From: Chiloscyllium plagiosum
Taxonomy: Eukaryota
Direction of reading: 5' to 3'
NCBI RefSeq assembly: GCF_004010195.1
Contig: NC_057711.1
Location: forward strand, 75,387,764 to 75,451,763
DNA length: 64,000 nucleotides
Position numbers and translations under genes: made by a program. Of this stretch, positions 37,143 through 49,211 are shown one piece after another (position 1 is the first letter of the stretch; each line of letters starts with the position of its first letter). A model generated the notes under the pieces. That model was not told the DNA's origin and did not search any database. It saw only the letters and a program-made list of their open reading frames with translations.

Positions 37143-38296
37143 TTGTGCTCTCCTACATGATGAGATGGGGATATTGCTGGGGAAGAGGGAATGGAGCCTT
37201 TAACAAGATGGAAAAGGGCTGCAACTGTGAAAGGAGAAACGCACTGGTGCTGAAGCCTCACTATTCCATGAGTTGTAGGCATTCTGAGTTACGATTAGTA
37301 ATTTGCTGACTTTTAGATGATTCGAATCACCCCTAGTTCTGACACTGGATTTATTTAGGGAATGTGAAGTGAAGCTGGCAGTAGGCAGGTGTTTCAAGGC
37401 AAAAGAATCTCTTCATTTATTTATATACAGGAAGGTTAGAATAATACACAAAATAAAAAGCAAATTAAATAAAAACAGTGAAATTGACACAGTTATGCAG
37501 AGGATTGTAATTAAAGTCAGTGTTAAATTGAACACAGGTTAAACACTATTTGAAGCTAACCAGCAGGTTTTTAATCACAAAGTGTAAGGCTTCCTACCTT
37601 TGGGGTTCCCTGTACTGTAAGCACCAACCTCCCCCTCCCTGCTAGCTAAGTTGGATTCTTTGGGTTCTCTGGAATTAAGCTCACCACTGGAGGAGAACTT
37701 GTCATTTTGAAGTACAGGTAGCTGCTCCTGCTTGCCATGCCCGCTCCCTCGATGAAGACTTTGGATGGTGTAGGCCTTCAGTCTGGGTTGAGTCTGCTGA
37801 TGCGGTAGGATGTGTTTTGGATTTATCGGGTGAGTACTTGGTTCTTCTTGCTTTCTGGTGGTTTTTGCAAGCCAGGTTTCACCTCCGGATGTGACTGAGG
37901 CCTTGTGGTGTCTATTGGGTCAGAAGCTTTCGGAGGTTGTCTGTGCTCAGGTCTGTTGGTCATGGTCCGTCACCATTGGTTCCCTGGTTAAAATAACAGG
38001 CCTGTGTTGGTAGGTTTCAGAATTCTATCGGGATCCCTCTTCCAGAGATAGCTGTGCTGATAGTTCTCATAGAATCACACTAAGATCCCTCTTCTGGAGA
38101 TGGCTGTGGGGAGCACTCTTGGGGTGGTAGCCTCTGGGATCCTTCTAGTCTGTGCTGCAGGGAAAGCTCTCAGGTTAGATCAGGGACTGCAATTATTATT
38201 AATTGCGGGCTTGTTAACTTCGTGCCAAATCTACGCTTGCCATTGTGTTAATGCTGTTCCCTATTGAGGTCAATTTGCTTCCTGATAGTTAAGAGT

Positions 38297-41200
38297 AGTC
38301 ATAGAGTCATGGAGATTTACAGCATGGAAACAGACCCTTCGGTCCAACTCATCCATACCGACCAGATATCCCAACCCAATCTAGTCCCACCTGCCAGCAC
38401 CCGGCCCATATCCCTCCAAACCCTTCCTATTCACATACCCATCCAAATGCCTTTTAAATATTGCAATTGTACCAGCCTTCACCACTTCCTCTGACAGCTC
38501 ATTCCATACACGTACCACCCTCTGTGTGAAAAANNNNNNNNNNNNNNNNNNNNNNNNNNNNNNNNNNNNNNNNNNNNNNNNNNNNNNNNNNNNNNNNNNN
38601 NNNNNNNNNNNNNNNNNNNNNNNNNNNNNNNNNNNNNNNNNNNNNNNNNNNNNNNNNNNNNNNNNNNNNNNNNNNNNNNNNNNNNNNNNNNNNNNNNNNN
38701 NNNNNNNNNNNNNNNNNNNNNNNNNNNNNNNNNNNNNNNNNNNNNNNNNNNNNNNNNNNNNNNNNNNNNNNNNNNNNNNNNNNNNNNNNNNNNNNNNNNN
38801 NNNNNNNNNNNNNNNNNNNNNNNNNNNNNNNNNNNNNNNNNNNNNNNNNNNNNNNNNNNNNNNNNNNNNNNNNNNNNNNNNNNNNNNNNNNNNNNNNNNN
38901 NNNNNNNNNNNNNNNNNNNNNNNNNNNNNNNNNNNNNNNNNNNNNNNNNNNNNNNNNNNNNNNNNNNNNNNNNNNNNNNNNNNNNNNNNNNNNNNNNNNN
39001 NNNNNNNNNNNNNNNNNNNTCTTCTACCTTTGAGCCAGTTCTGTATCCAAATGGCTAGTTCTCCCTTTATTCCGTGAGATCTAACCGTGCTAATCAGTCT
39101 CCCATGGGGAACCTTGTCGAATGCCTTACTGAAGTCCATATCGATCACATTTAGTGCTCTTTCCTCATCAATCTTCTTTGTTACTTCTTCAAAAAACTCA
39201 ATCAAGTTTGTGAGACATGATTTCCTATGCACAAAGCCATGTTGACTGTCCCTAATCAGTCCTCACCTTTCCAAATACATGTACATCCTGTCCCTCAGGA
39301 TTCCCTCCAACAACTTGCCCACCACTGAGGTCAGGCTCACCGGTCTATAGTTCCCTGGCTTGTCCTTACCATCCTTCTTAAACAGTGGCACCACATTAAC
39401 CAACCTCCAGTCTTCCGGGACCTCATCGTTGACTATCGATGATACAAATATTTCAGCAAGAGGCCCAGCAATCACTTCTCTAGCTTCCCACAGAGTTCAT
39501 AGAACACCTGATCAGGTCCTGGGGATTTATCCACCTTCATGCGTTTCAAGACATCCAGCACTTGCTCCCCTGTAATATGGCCATTTTGCAAGATGTCACC
39601 ATCTATTTCCCTACAGTCTATATCTTCCATATCCTTTTCCACAGTAAATACTGATGCAAAATACTCATTTAGTATCGCCCCCATTTTCTGCAGCTCCACA
39701 CAAAGGCTGCTTTGCTGACTTTGAGAGGCCCTATTCTCTCCCTAGTTACCCTTTTGCCCTTAATATATTTGTAGAAAACCCTTTGGATTCTCTTTAATTC
39801 TATTTGTCAAAGCTATCTCATGTCCCCTTTTTGCCCTCCTGATTTCCCTCTTAATTATACTCCTACTGCCTTTATACTCTTCTAAGGATTCACTCAATCG
39901 ATCTTGTCTATACCTGACATATGCTTCCTTCTTTTTCTTAACAAAACCCTCAATTTCTTTCATCATCCAGCATTCCCTATACCTACCAGCCTTTCCTTTC
40001 ACCCTGACAGGAATATACTTTCTCTGGACGTTCGTTATCTCATTTCTGAAGGCTTCCCATTTTCCAGCCTTCCCTTTACCTGCAAACATCTGCTCCCATT
40101 CAGCTTTTGAAAGTTCTTGCCTAATACCGTCAAAATTACCCTATCTCCAATTTGGAACTTCAACTTTTACATCTGGTGTATCCTTTTCCATCTTTATTTT
40201 AAATCTAATGGAATTATGGTCGCTGGCCCCAAAGCACTCCCCCATTGTCACCTCAGTCACCTGCCCTGCCTTATTTCCCAAGAGTAGGTAAAGCTTTGCA
40301 CCTTCTCTAGTAGGTACATCTACATAATGAATCAGAAGATTTTCTTGTGCGTATTTAACAAATTCCTCTCCATCTGAGCCCTTAACACTATGGCAGTCCC
40401 AGTCTATGTTTGGAAAGTTAAAATCCCCTACCATAACCACCCTATTATTCTTACAGATAGCTGAGATCTCCTTGCAAGTTTGTTTCTCAATTTCCCTCTG
40501 ACTATTGGAGGTCTGTAATACAATCCCTGTCTTATTTCTCCATTCCGCCCAAATAACTTCCCTGAATGTCCTAGAAATATCCTCCCTCAGCATAGCTGTA
40601 ATGCTATCCCTTATCAAAAACGCCACTACCCCTCCTCTCTTGCCTCCTTTTCTATCCTTCCTGCAGCATTTGTATCCTGCCAGTCCTGCCCATCTCTGCG
40701 CCATGTTTCTGTAATTGCTATGAAATCCCAGTTCCATGTTCTTAACCATGCCCTGAGTTCATCTGCCTTCTCTGTTAGGCCACTTGCATTGAAATAAATG
40801 CAGTTTGATTTATTAGTCCTACCTTGTCCCTGCCTGCCCTGACTGTTTGACTCTTTTCTGTTCTCTACTGTACCAGTCTCCGATTGATGTCTTTCTTCAC
40901 TACCTCCTAGGGCCCACCAACACCCCCCCCCTCCCCAGCTTACTCATTTAAATCCTCACAAGTAGCACCAGCAAACCTCCCTGCCTGTACATTAGTACCC
41001 TTCCAATTTCGGTGCAATCTGTCCTTCTTGTACAGGTCACTTCTACCTCAAAAGAGATTCCAATGATCCAAAAATGTGAGTCCTTCTCCCATACACTAGC
41101 TCCTCAGCCATGCTTTCATCTGCTCTATCCTCCTATTCCAGCCCTCACTCGCTTGTAGTACCAGGAGTATTCCAGATATTATTGCTCTCAAGGACCTCCT

Positions 41201-42243
41201 TTTTAAATTCCTGCCTAACTCTCTGTAATCATCCTTCAGAATCTCAACCTTTTCCCTTCCGATGTCATTGGTTCCAATGTGAACAATGACCTCCTGCTGG
41301 CCCCTCTTCCCCGTGAGAACATTCTGCACCCTGTCTGAGACATCCTAGATCCTGGCACCAGGGAAGCAACACACCATTCTGATTTTTCGCTGCTGGCCAC
41401 AGAAACAGCTGTCTGTACCTCAGACTAAAGAATCCCCTAACACAATTGATCTCTTGGAACCCCTCATTGCATTACAGCCAGTCTCAATATCAGAAACCTG
41501 GCTGTTCATGCTACGTTCCTCTGAGAATCCATCACCTCCTACATTTTCCAAAACAGCATACTTGTTTGAAATGGGTATAGCTACAGAACACACCTGTACT
41601 TGATGCCTACCTCTCTTACCTTTCCTGGAGTAAACCCATCTATGTGACTGTATCTGAGACTTTCCCCCCTTCCTATAACTGCTATCCATCACATACTGTT
41701 GCTGTTGCAAATTCCTCATTGCTTCTAAATGGCTCTCCAACCAATCCATTCAATCTGATAAGATTCTCAACCAACTACAGTTATGGCAGATATAATCTGC
41801 AGTAACCCTTAAACTCTCTTTAAACTCCCACATCTGACATGAAGCACATATCACATATCACAGGTCATTTTTGTTCCTTCACAATGTACAGACCCAGGAA
41901 GTAACGCCATCTTATTCCTCTACAAAACACTGCCCCAGGTTAGATTAATAGTTACGGCTTATATTTTGAGTTTAATCAAGAGACATATCTCAAAAAACAT
42001 ATAATCAAGAAAGAACCCACTCTACTCACTACTGCAGACTTTCTGTAGGCCACTTAAAACAATTAACTCATCTGATTCTGTGCTGTGAACTTCGCCCAAA
42101 CAGTTCCTTCAAGATCAGTTGTGAATTTCACTGTTTGGTAATTTTCCCAGGTGCACTCCGATGTCCAGTGATACATGCATTCAAACAGCAAAGGCAGTAA
42201 ATGTGCAGGTTCACTCTGGTGTGTGTGTCTCTCTCTCTCTCTC
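38297..42243 (-). mobile_element. Near-full-length HER1-like CR1 LINE: 5'UTR, ORF1 (zinc finger and SGNH/GDSL esterase), ORF2 (APE EN and RT); disrupted; gap 38534-39019
   Basis: ORF1 remnants CASCQMWEF..YICHNC, SIVLGDSLV and VIVHIGTNDIG. EN remnants RKDRKGGKRGGVV..VVMVGDFNFPNIDW..SDHNSIRF. RT remnants YRPVSLTSVVGKLLE and DFSKAFDKVPH. The 3' tail is at 38297. Confidence 0.95.
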
Positions 42244-43015
42244 AATATTGATTGAAGTTGAATGTCTTGATATCTGTATCGACCCCATAATGTCTGGGTT
42301 GGGGTAGCCTGAAGAGTAAGTTTAAGTTTCAATTTAGAGCACTAGGTCTGGTTGGTTGACCTTTCAGTTTTGAGGTGTGAATTGGATTTTCGGGCTGAAC
42401 AGTGGTTCCAGGCAGCTATCTGTGTGTCTGTGTGCTTTCCCAGTGGGTAGCCCAGCTGCATTGTTTGTTTGTTCACTTTGAAAAGTTATTTGAAAATCCA
42501 GGATTTTGGCCCATGGGGATTTTCGCTCAACCCTATGGAGTTACACCACTTAGTGTTTTGACTCAGTCACCAAACTGACTGACTGCATCTCTTATGTAAT
42601 AGTGTCCATCATTAGAGACTTTCACCAGAATTCTTCATGGACACTAAATATTCCATTTACTGGAAAGCAAAGACTCACTCTCAAAAGACAAGTGGTGAAA
42701 CTTGTTAACCTCTAAACTGTAGCACTCACATGACACAAAAGACAGCAAAGCCTTTTAATTTAATTCCCTATTACACATTCCACCCCTCAACTCGTCACTT
42801 GCACCTTCTGCCTAAATGTGTGTTGGTGAGTCCATCCTGTAAACCCTGCTGGCTTCACGCCTCCCCAGGTCACCACCAACCTGTCTATACACACGTGCAC
42901 CAGTGCATATTTCCCACCCAGCTGAGCATATCCGGTGAGCTTTTTTCTCGGCTGGCCACAGAAACGTTGTTCTTCAGCACCAGGGTATTTCTGATTGTGG
43001 AAAATATCTCTTCTT

Positions 43016-43335
43016 GCGGCGGCACGGTGGCACAGTGGTTAGCACTGCTGCCTCACAGCGCCTGAGACCCGGGTTCATTTCCCGCCTCAGGCGACTGACT
43101 GTGTGGAGTTTGCACGTTCTCCCCGTGTCTGCGTGGGTTTCCTCCGGGTGCTCCGGTTTCCTCCCACAGTCCAAAGATGTGCAGGGTCAGGTGAATTGGC
43201 CATGCTAAATTGCCCGTAGTGTTAGGTAAGGGGTAAATGTAGGGGTATGGGTGGGTTTCGCTTCGGCGGGTCGGTGTGGACTTGTTGGGCCGAAGGGCCT
43301 GTTTCCACACTGTAATGTAATCTAATCAAAAAAAA
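43016..43335 (+). mobile_element. HE1-type SINE, full length, CpG-rich (young)
   Basis: GCGGCGGCACGGTGGCACAGTGGTTAGCACTGCTGCC..GGGTTCATTTCCC...CCACACTGTAATGTAATCTAATC followed by an A-run. Confidence 0.96.
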
Positions 43336-43469
43336 CCTCTTTTCCAGTCATGCTTTATCATATTATATCCCTTGCAGTTACCATTACCTCCCCCATCCCC
43401 CGACCTCCACTTCACAATTGTAATCTTCCCACCTGCTTCTCCCTTGGCAATCAAGAGCTTATCTATCTC

Positions 43470-44755
43470 TTTTTTTTATAAATATATTTTTGTTGAAAAA
43501 TTGATTTTTTTGATATTACAACAAATACAAAACAATACAATTCAAAACAGTACAAAGAACAAAAACCCAAACCGCACTCATGTATAAATGTATCGATATA
43601 TATAAATTATTTTAAACCAAACTAACTACTTAACTAAATAATAACTAACAACAAATGAATTAAAAACAATAATACGGCTCAGCAAAACAAAACACTGCTC
43701 TCAAATCTCGAGAGCATTAATTTTCTCACATTCATACATTTGCAGATCCCCCCCCACCCCCCCCCCCCCAACACCCCACCCCCCTCGCCCAGGATATTTA
43801 GACTGGTAAAACACAATCGTTAAAGCCCTTATTAGTGTAGCAGACAAATCTGTGCCCAGGTAGTCCAAACAAGGTCTCCATGTCTGCCAAAAATTCTCAG
43901 TTTTGTACATATGCTCCATAACAATCTTACACCAACCCGACAACCCTGGATGATTTTCAGACACCCAACAAAAATATTCTTTCTTGCACAGAAAATGAAA
44001 ATTTTGAAAAGTTTTTTTTTCTTATGCGCATCTACAAGGAATAAACTGGGCAAGCCAAGAATAAGAGAAATCTGGTTCTTCTCCACCCTCGTCCCAAAAT
44101 GCTCTCTATTGCACTTGCCACAGTGCTCCAGTATCCTCAGAGTCTGCCACAGGACCAGAAGCAATGAGTAAGAGTACCCACACTCACTTAACACTTGTGA
44201 CAAGTTGCAGATACTCCTGGTTGAAATTTTGATAAACAATAAGGAGCCAAGTAGATCATGTGGAGAATCTTCAACTATAAAGCTTGGGTCCTATTTCAAA
44301 TCGAGATCTTTCTTGTGTTTTCCCAAATATCTTCCTATGCCTCTGAGGAGATCTCGACACCCAACTCTCTCTCCCATAATCAACAAAGCTGTTCAAACTC
44401 CTCTGAGGGACCGCACCCCCCCACCCCCCAAGCAGGTGATAGAGTGCTGACAGAAAGTGTGTTCTTAGTACTTAGTACCCTCTTCTCTGTCAAATTTGTA
44501 GGGATCAGTCAAAAGTGTAGTTTTTTTTTTAAATATAATCTCTAATTTGAAAAAAACAAAAGAAGTCCCTGCTAGCTAGCTCATTTCCGAGTTAACTGAT
44601 CAAAAGACATCATTGTGTCTCCCTCAAATAAATCACCCATGCCAGACACACCCCTAGCTGCCCAATGTCTGAATCCTGAATCCATCATCCCCGGTTGAAA
44701 ACCCGGCATGCCCACTATAGGTGTAAAAAAAAGTGCTATTTGCAGTCCCTTCCCA
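43470..44755 (-). mobile_element. L1-clade LINE 3' fragment (ORF2 C-terminus, 3'UTR, A-rich tail)
   Basis: Minus strand reads TPIVGMPGFQPGMMDSGFRHWAARGVSGMGDLFEGDTMMSFDQL and ..KIFIFCARKNI..ENFWQTWRPCLDYL, typical of fish-type L1 ORF2 ends. A T-run at ~43470 marks the tail. Confidence 0.8.
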
Positions 44756-45164
44756 AACTAGTGATTGATCACTTTACTGACAGCACTCAAATTGATTTGG
44801 AGTATATTGTCTGAGCATCCACAACAAGTCGTGAATTAGCAATAATTGCCAAAATCATATGAGCCATGAGTCACACACCCTGTTCTGCAGCCGGATTCAT
44901 AACTATAATGTGTATGTTTGCACACACATTTCCAAGTTTATCATTAACAAGCTCCCTCATTATCAATGAGAAATTTTGTCAGTGGTCCAAATTTAGTCCC
45001 TATCCATCCTTCCATTACATTATCCATAATTAGTTTTTTTATTTTTCTGTGTTTTATTGTCAACTGACTATATCTGGTTGCCAATTCTACAAAATGTAAA
45101 AAGAAAGTTTAATTTTCCTTACCTCACACCATTAAATTCGTAGCCACTACTTCATGATTTTTTA

Positions 45165-45345
45165 AAAAAAAACCACTCCTAGAATGTGGGGATCACTGGC
45201 TGGGCCAGTATATTACCTGTCATTAGTTGCCCTTCAGAAGGTGGTGATGACCTGTGTTCTTGAACAGCTGCAGAGCTGTAGGTAGATCCACAGTGCCATT
45301 AGGGAGGGAATTCCAGGACCTTGACCCAGCAACACTGAAGGACAG
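45165..45345 (-). mobile_element. CR1/L2-type LINE 3' end (DeuSINE-partner family)
   Basis: TGTGGGGATCACTGGCTGGGCCAGTATATTACCTGTCATTAGTTGCCCTT is the reverse complement of the tail at 51700-51760. Confidence 0.75.
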
Positions 45346-45860
45346 GTTTATTATTGGCTGTGACAGTGTTGTGATATTTCATACAAATTTCACATTTATT
45401 GTTCATTCCTTCCATAATCTCATTGTATTCCTCATCCCTCATTCCTCTTGCTTTTAGTAAATCTTGTAATTTTTGTAGGGCAAATGACCTGTGTAGTTTT
45501 CTCACAATTCATGTTTTATTCTCTAAATTTCTGCTGCCTAATCTCAACAATACTTAATTGCTTTAGTTGAGAGGTTATGTTCCATTAAAGGAATATAATA
45601 GCAACCCAATTACATAAATTTCAAATTTACAGACTTTCCAATAACAAAACTTTGCTGTTTTTCACGTCTAGTTTCACTTGCACTTATTTCATTGGGTTAT
45701 GCAATTGAACACTATTTCACTGGATGCTTGATTCTGGCTACTTTACAAGGAATTAAGGCTTTTCTTAAAGATTTTAGTTTATCAACCTCAAATCCAAAGT
45801 TGGTGGAACTCTCAAATTCATTAACAATCTTGCAAATCTTCCAACCCTATCATTCAGATT

Positions 45861-45991
45861 ATTCCTGATGAAGGGCTTCTGCCCAACACGTCGATTTCCC
45901 TATCCTCGGATGCTGCCTGGCCTGCTGTGCATTTCCAGCACCACTCTAATCTTGACTCTAATCTCCAGTATCTGCAGTCCTCACTTTCGCC
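45861..45991 (+). mobile_element. ~130-bp PLE terminal fragment beginning at the hammerhead
   Basis: ATTCCTGATGAAGGGCTTCTGCCCAACACGTCGATT (GAAA mutated to AACA) through CAGTATCTGCAGTCCTCACTTTCGCC. Confidence 0.9.
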
Positions 45992-46284
45992 GAGGTGAAG
46001 TGCTACCTAGTCTAATTCAAACGCTGTTGATGTATGCATCCTCTGTCTAATACTACACTATTGAAAGATTCTACCATTGACGCATTCATCACTTTGAATT
46101 TTTTTGTGACCAACCTAATGCCCCCCTTTGATATATTTTATTCACTTTTTGTTTCCAAAGCTTCTGTTTTGTCTTAATTTGAATACCCTATTATACAGGT
46201 TGGGACAGATCACAGTATAATTATACTTTGAATCAAATTAGAAACATTAATTGTTCACACCCTGGGCATTTCTGGGATTTATCT

Positions 46285-47195
46285 GGACGAAGGAACTGGG
46301 GCATTATTGCTATGTTTACTGATGACAATGATCGATGGAAGGACAGGTAGTGTTGCGGAAATAGAGAGGTTGCAGAAGGACTTGAACAGTGGGCAAAGAA
46401 GTGAGAGATGGATTACAATGTGAGGAGGTATGAGATTATGCACTTTTGTAGGAAGAAGAGAGGCGTGGACTATTTTCTAAATAGGGGAGGTTTCAGAAAT
46501 CTGTAACACAAAGGGAATTTAGAGTCCTCCTTCAGTATTCTCTTGAGGTTAACCTGCAGGCTCAGTTGGCAGTTAGGAAGGCAAATACAATGAAAGCATT
46601 GATTAACATTCATTTCAAGAGGGCTAAAATACAAGAACAGCGATGTACTGCTCTGGTCAGATTGCATTTGGAATAATTTGAGCAGTTTTGGACCCTGTAT
46701 CTAAGGAATGATATGCTGGCATTGGAGGGGATCAAGAGGAGGTTTACAAGAATGATCCTGGGGATGACATATTTGTCATGAGGTACAGTTGAAGACTCTG
46801 GGTCTGTACCTGTTGGAATTTAGAAGGATGAGGGGGATCTGATTGAAACTTACAGAATACAGAGGGGCGTGGTTAGAGTGAATGTAGATAAGATGTTTTC
46901 ACTACTAGGAGAGACTAGAACCCAAGGGCATAGCCACAGAGTAAAGAAAGATCCTTTAGAACGGAGATGAAGAGAAATTTCTTCAGTCAGAGGATAGTGA
47001 ATCTGTGCAACTCATTGCCGTAGAAGGCTGGGATGCCAAGTCATTGAGACAGAGATCTGTTGTTGATTGGTACGGAGTTCAAGGGTTATGGGGAGAAGGC
47101 AGGAGAATGAGGTTGAGAAACATATCAGCCATGATCAAATGGCAAAGCAGTCTAGATGGGCCAAATGGCCTGATTCTGCTGCTATGTTTGTGCTC
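46285..47195 (+). mobile_element. CR1 LINE 3' portion (same subfamily as 60918-61650)
   Basis: GAAGGAACTGGGGCATTATTGCTATGTTTACTGATGAC (F.DD), GGACAGGTAGTGTT and the 3' tail CAGCCATGATCAAATGGC..GGGCCAAATGGCCT. Confidence 0.88.
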
Positions 47196-47385
47196 TTAAA
47201 GTCTTATTGTAATTCTCAAATTCTCTTCACTTCTCAAACTTGTCAAAAGCTTTCCTGTTCTAAATCCTATTTTCTGTCCCAATACACGATGTTCTGATTT
47301 AGAACTATATAGTTGGTCCTTCACTGTCTCTTGGTTGCCCAAATTAGATATACTATCGTGCTTCAAGAAGGTGGCTCACTTAGTC

Positions 47386-48320
47386 ATAGTCATAGAGTCA
47401 TAGAGATTCCTATTTATATACACATCCAAATGCCTCTTAAATGTTGCAATTGTACCAGCCTCCACCTCTTCCTCTGGCAGCGCATTCCATACACGTACCA
47501 CCCTCTGCATGAAAACGTTGCTCCTTAGGTCTCTTTTATATCTTTCTCCTCTCACCCTAAACCTATGCCCTCTAGTTCTGGACTCCCCAACCCCAGGGAA
47601 AGGACATTAGGCAATTTATCCTATCTATGCCCCTCATAATTTTGTATATCTCGATATGGTCACCCCTCAGCCTCCGACGCTCCAGGGAAAACAGCCCCAG
47701 CCTGTTCAGCCTCTCCCTATAGCTCAAATCCTCCAATCCTGGCAACATCCTTTTAAATCTGTTCTGAACCCTTTCAAGTTTCACAACATCTTTCCAATAG
47801 GAAGGAGATCAGAATTGCACGCAATATTCCAACAATGGCCGAACCAATCTCCCAACTCCTGTACTCAATACTCTGACCAATAAAGGAAAGCATACCAAAC
47901 GCCGTCTTCACTATTCTGTCTACCTGTGACTCCACTTTCAAGGAGCTATGAATCTGCACTCCAAGGTCTCTTTGTTCAGCAACTCTCCCTCGGACCTTAC
48001 CATTAAGTGCATAAGTCCTGCTAAGATTTGCTTTCCCAAATTGCAACACCTCACATTTATCTGAATTAAACTCCATCTGCCACTTCTCAGCCCATTGACC
48101 CATCTGGTCCAGATCCTGTTGTAATCTGAGGTAACCCTCTTCGCTGTCCACTACACTTCCAATTTTGGTGTCATCTGCAAACCTACTAACTGTACCTTCT
48201 ATGCTCGCATCCAAATCATTTATATAAATGACAAAAAGTAGAGGGCCCAGCACCGATGCTTGTGGCACTCCACTGGTCACAGGCCTCCAGTCTGAAAAAC
48301 AACCCTCCACCACCACCCTT
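47386..48320 (-). mobile_element. HER1-like CR1 LINE, 5'-truncated in the RT, with small internal deletions
   Basis: ORF 47774-48316 reads [54 protein letters not shown]. Confidence 0.96.
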
Positions 48321-48545
48321 CTACTCTATACCCATGTCAATAAGCGTCAACAACCTTTATTACATATAACTACACATCAGATGATAAGAGAACATCTCTG
48401 AACCCTACAGACCCGGTCCCAGTCTGCGTAACTTGACATTATTCTGACATAGCTCCATAGCACAGGCCAAGTACTTAGAGTGAAGGCCTGGTTAACCCTC
48501 TAATCCACAACCATTTTCTTGAGAGCAATTAAGGCAGGCAACACA

Positions 48546-49210
48546 GAAGAAAGTGAGGACTGCAGATACTGGAGATCAGAATCGAAGAGTGTGGTGCTGG
48601 AAAAGCACAGCCGGTCAGGCAGCATCTGAGGAGCAGGACACTCAGCATTTTGGGTATAAGCCCTTCATCAGGAATGAGGCTTGTGGGCCAAGGGCACTGA
48701 GCGATAAATGGGAGGGGGGGGGTGTTGATGGTGGGTGTTGGGGGGGGGGGAAATAGCTGGGAATTCAAAAGGTAGATGAAAGTGAAAGGTCGGAGAGGAT
48801 GGTGGAGCAGATAGGTGGGAAGGAAGGTGGACAGGTAGGATGATTCAAAAGGACAGTGCCAAGTTGGGAGGTTAGGACTGGGATAGGATGGGGGGAGGGG
48901 AAAATGAAGAAACTGGTGAAATCCACATCAATCCCATGTGGTTGAAGTATCCCAAGACGGAAGATGAGGCATTCTTCCTCCAGGTATCGGGTGGTTAGAG
49001 TTTGGCGATTTGAGGCGGCCCAGGCATGTCCTTGGTGAAGTGGGAGGGGGAGTTAATGTTCAGCTATAGGCTGGTGAGGTTGGTGGGTGCGGGTGTCCTA
49101 GAGATGTTCTCTGAAACGATCGCAAGTTGGCGTCCTGTCTCCCCAGTGTAGAGGAGACTATATCAGATGCAACTGTTGCAGTAGATGATTGTGTGGAAGT
49201 GCAGGAAAAT
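48546..49210 (-). mobile_element. PLE 3' part (GIY-YIG region and pseudo-LTR with decayed hammerhead)
   Basis: Terminus AAAGTGAGGACTGCAGATACTGG. The reverse strand reads ATTCCTGATGAAGGGCTTATACCCAAAATGCTG at 48675-48643. It also carries LEEECLIFRLGILQPHGIDVDF and IVSSTLGRQDA/YTGET-like remnants at 48920-49170. Confidence 0.88.
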
Positions 49211-49211
49211 T

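Larger units (their letters stand above)
44765..47385 (-). mobile_element. Fragmented Ty1/Copia LTR-retrotransposon relic (gag knuckle, protease, integrase), interrupted by LINE and PLE insertions
   Basis: Minus-strand order: INPRNAQGVNN*CF*FDSKYNYTVICP (CX2CX4HX4C spacing, ~46284-46200); ESFNSVVLDRGC (protease, ~46070-46035); KLHRSF..KLQDLLKARG..KCEIC (HHCC region, 45505-45380); IMDNVMEGWIGTKFGPLTKFLIDNEG (integrase core, 45030-44950). Integrase directly after protease is the Copia order. Confidence 0.75.

Noticed and set aside
37227..42545. LTR-like element surrounding the big CR1 (TG at 37227 ... TTACA at 42545)
   Set aside because: The composition suggests an LTR, but there is no clean TSD, second copy or coding motif in the window to support the boundaries.
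43016..43090. tRNA genes at SINE heads (also 12773, 24975, 54495, 57760)
   Set aside because: A/B boxes are present, but the sequences continue into SINE bodies and LINE-derived tails. No complete cloverleaf was established.
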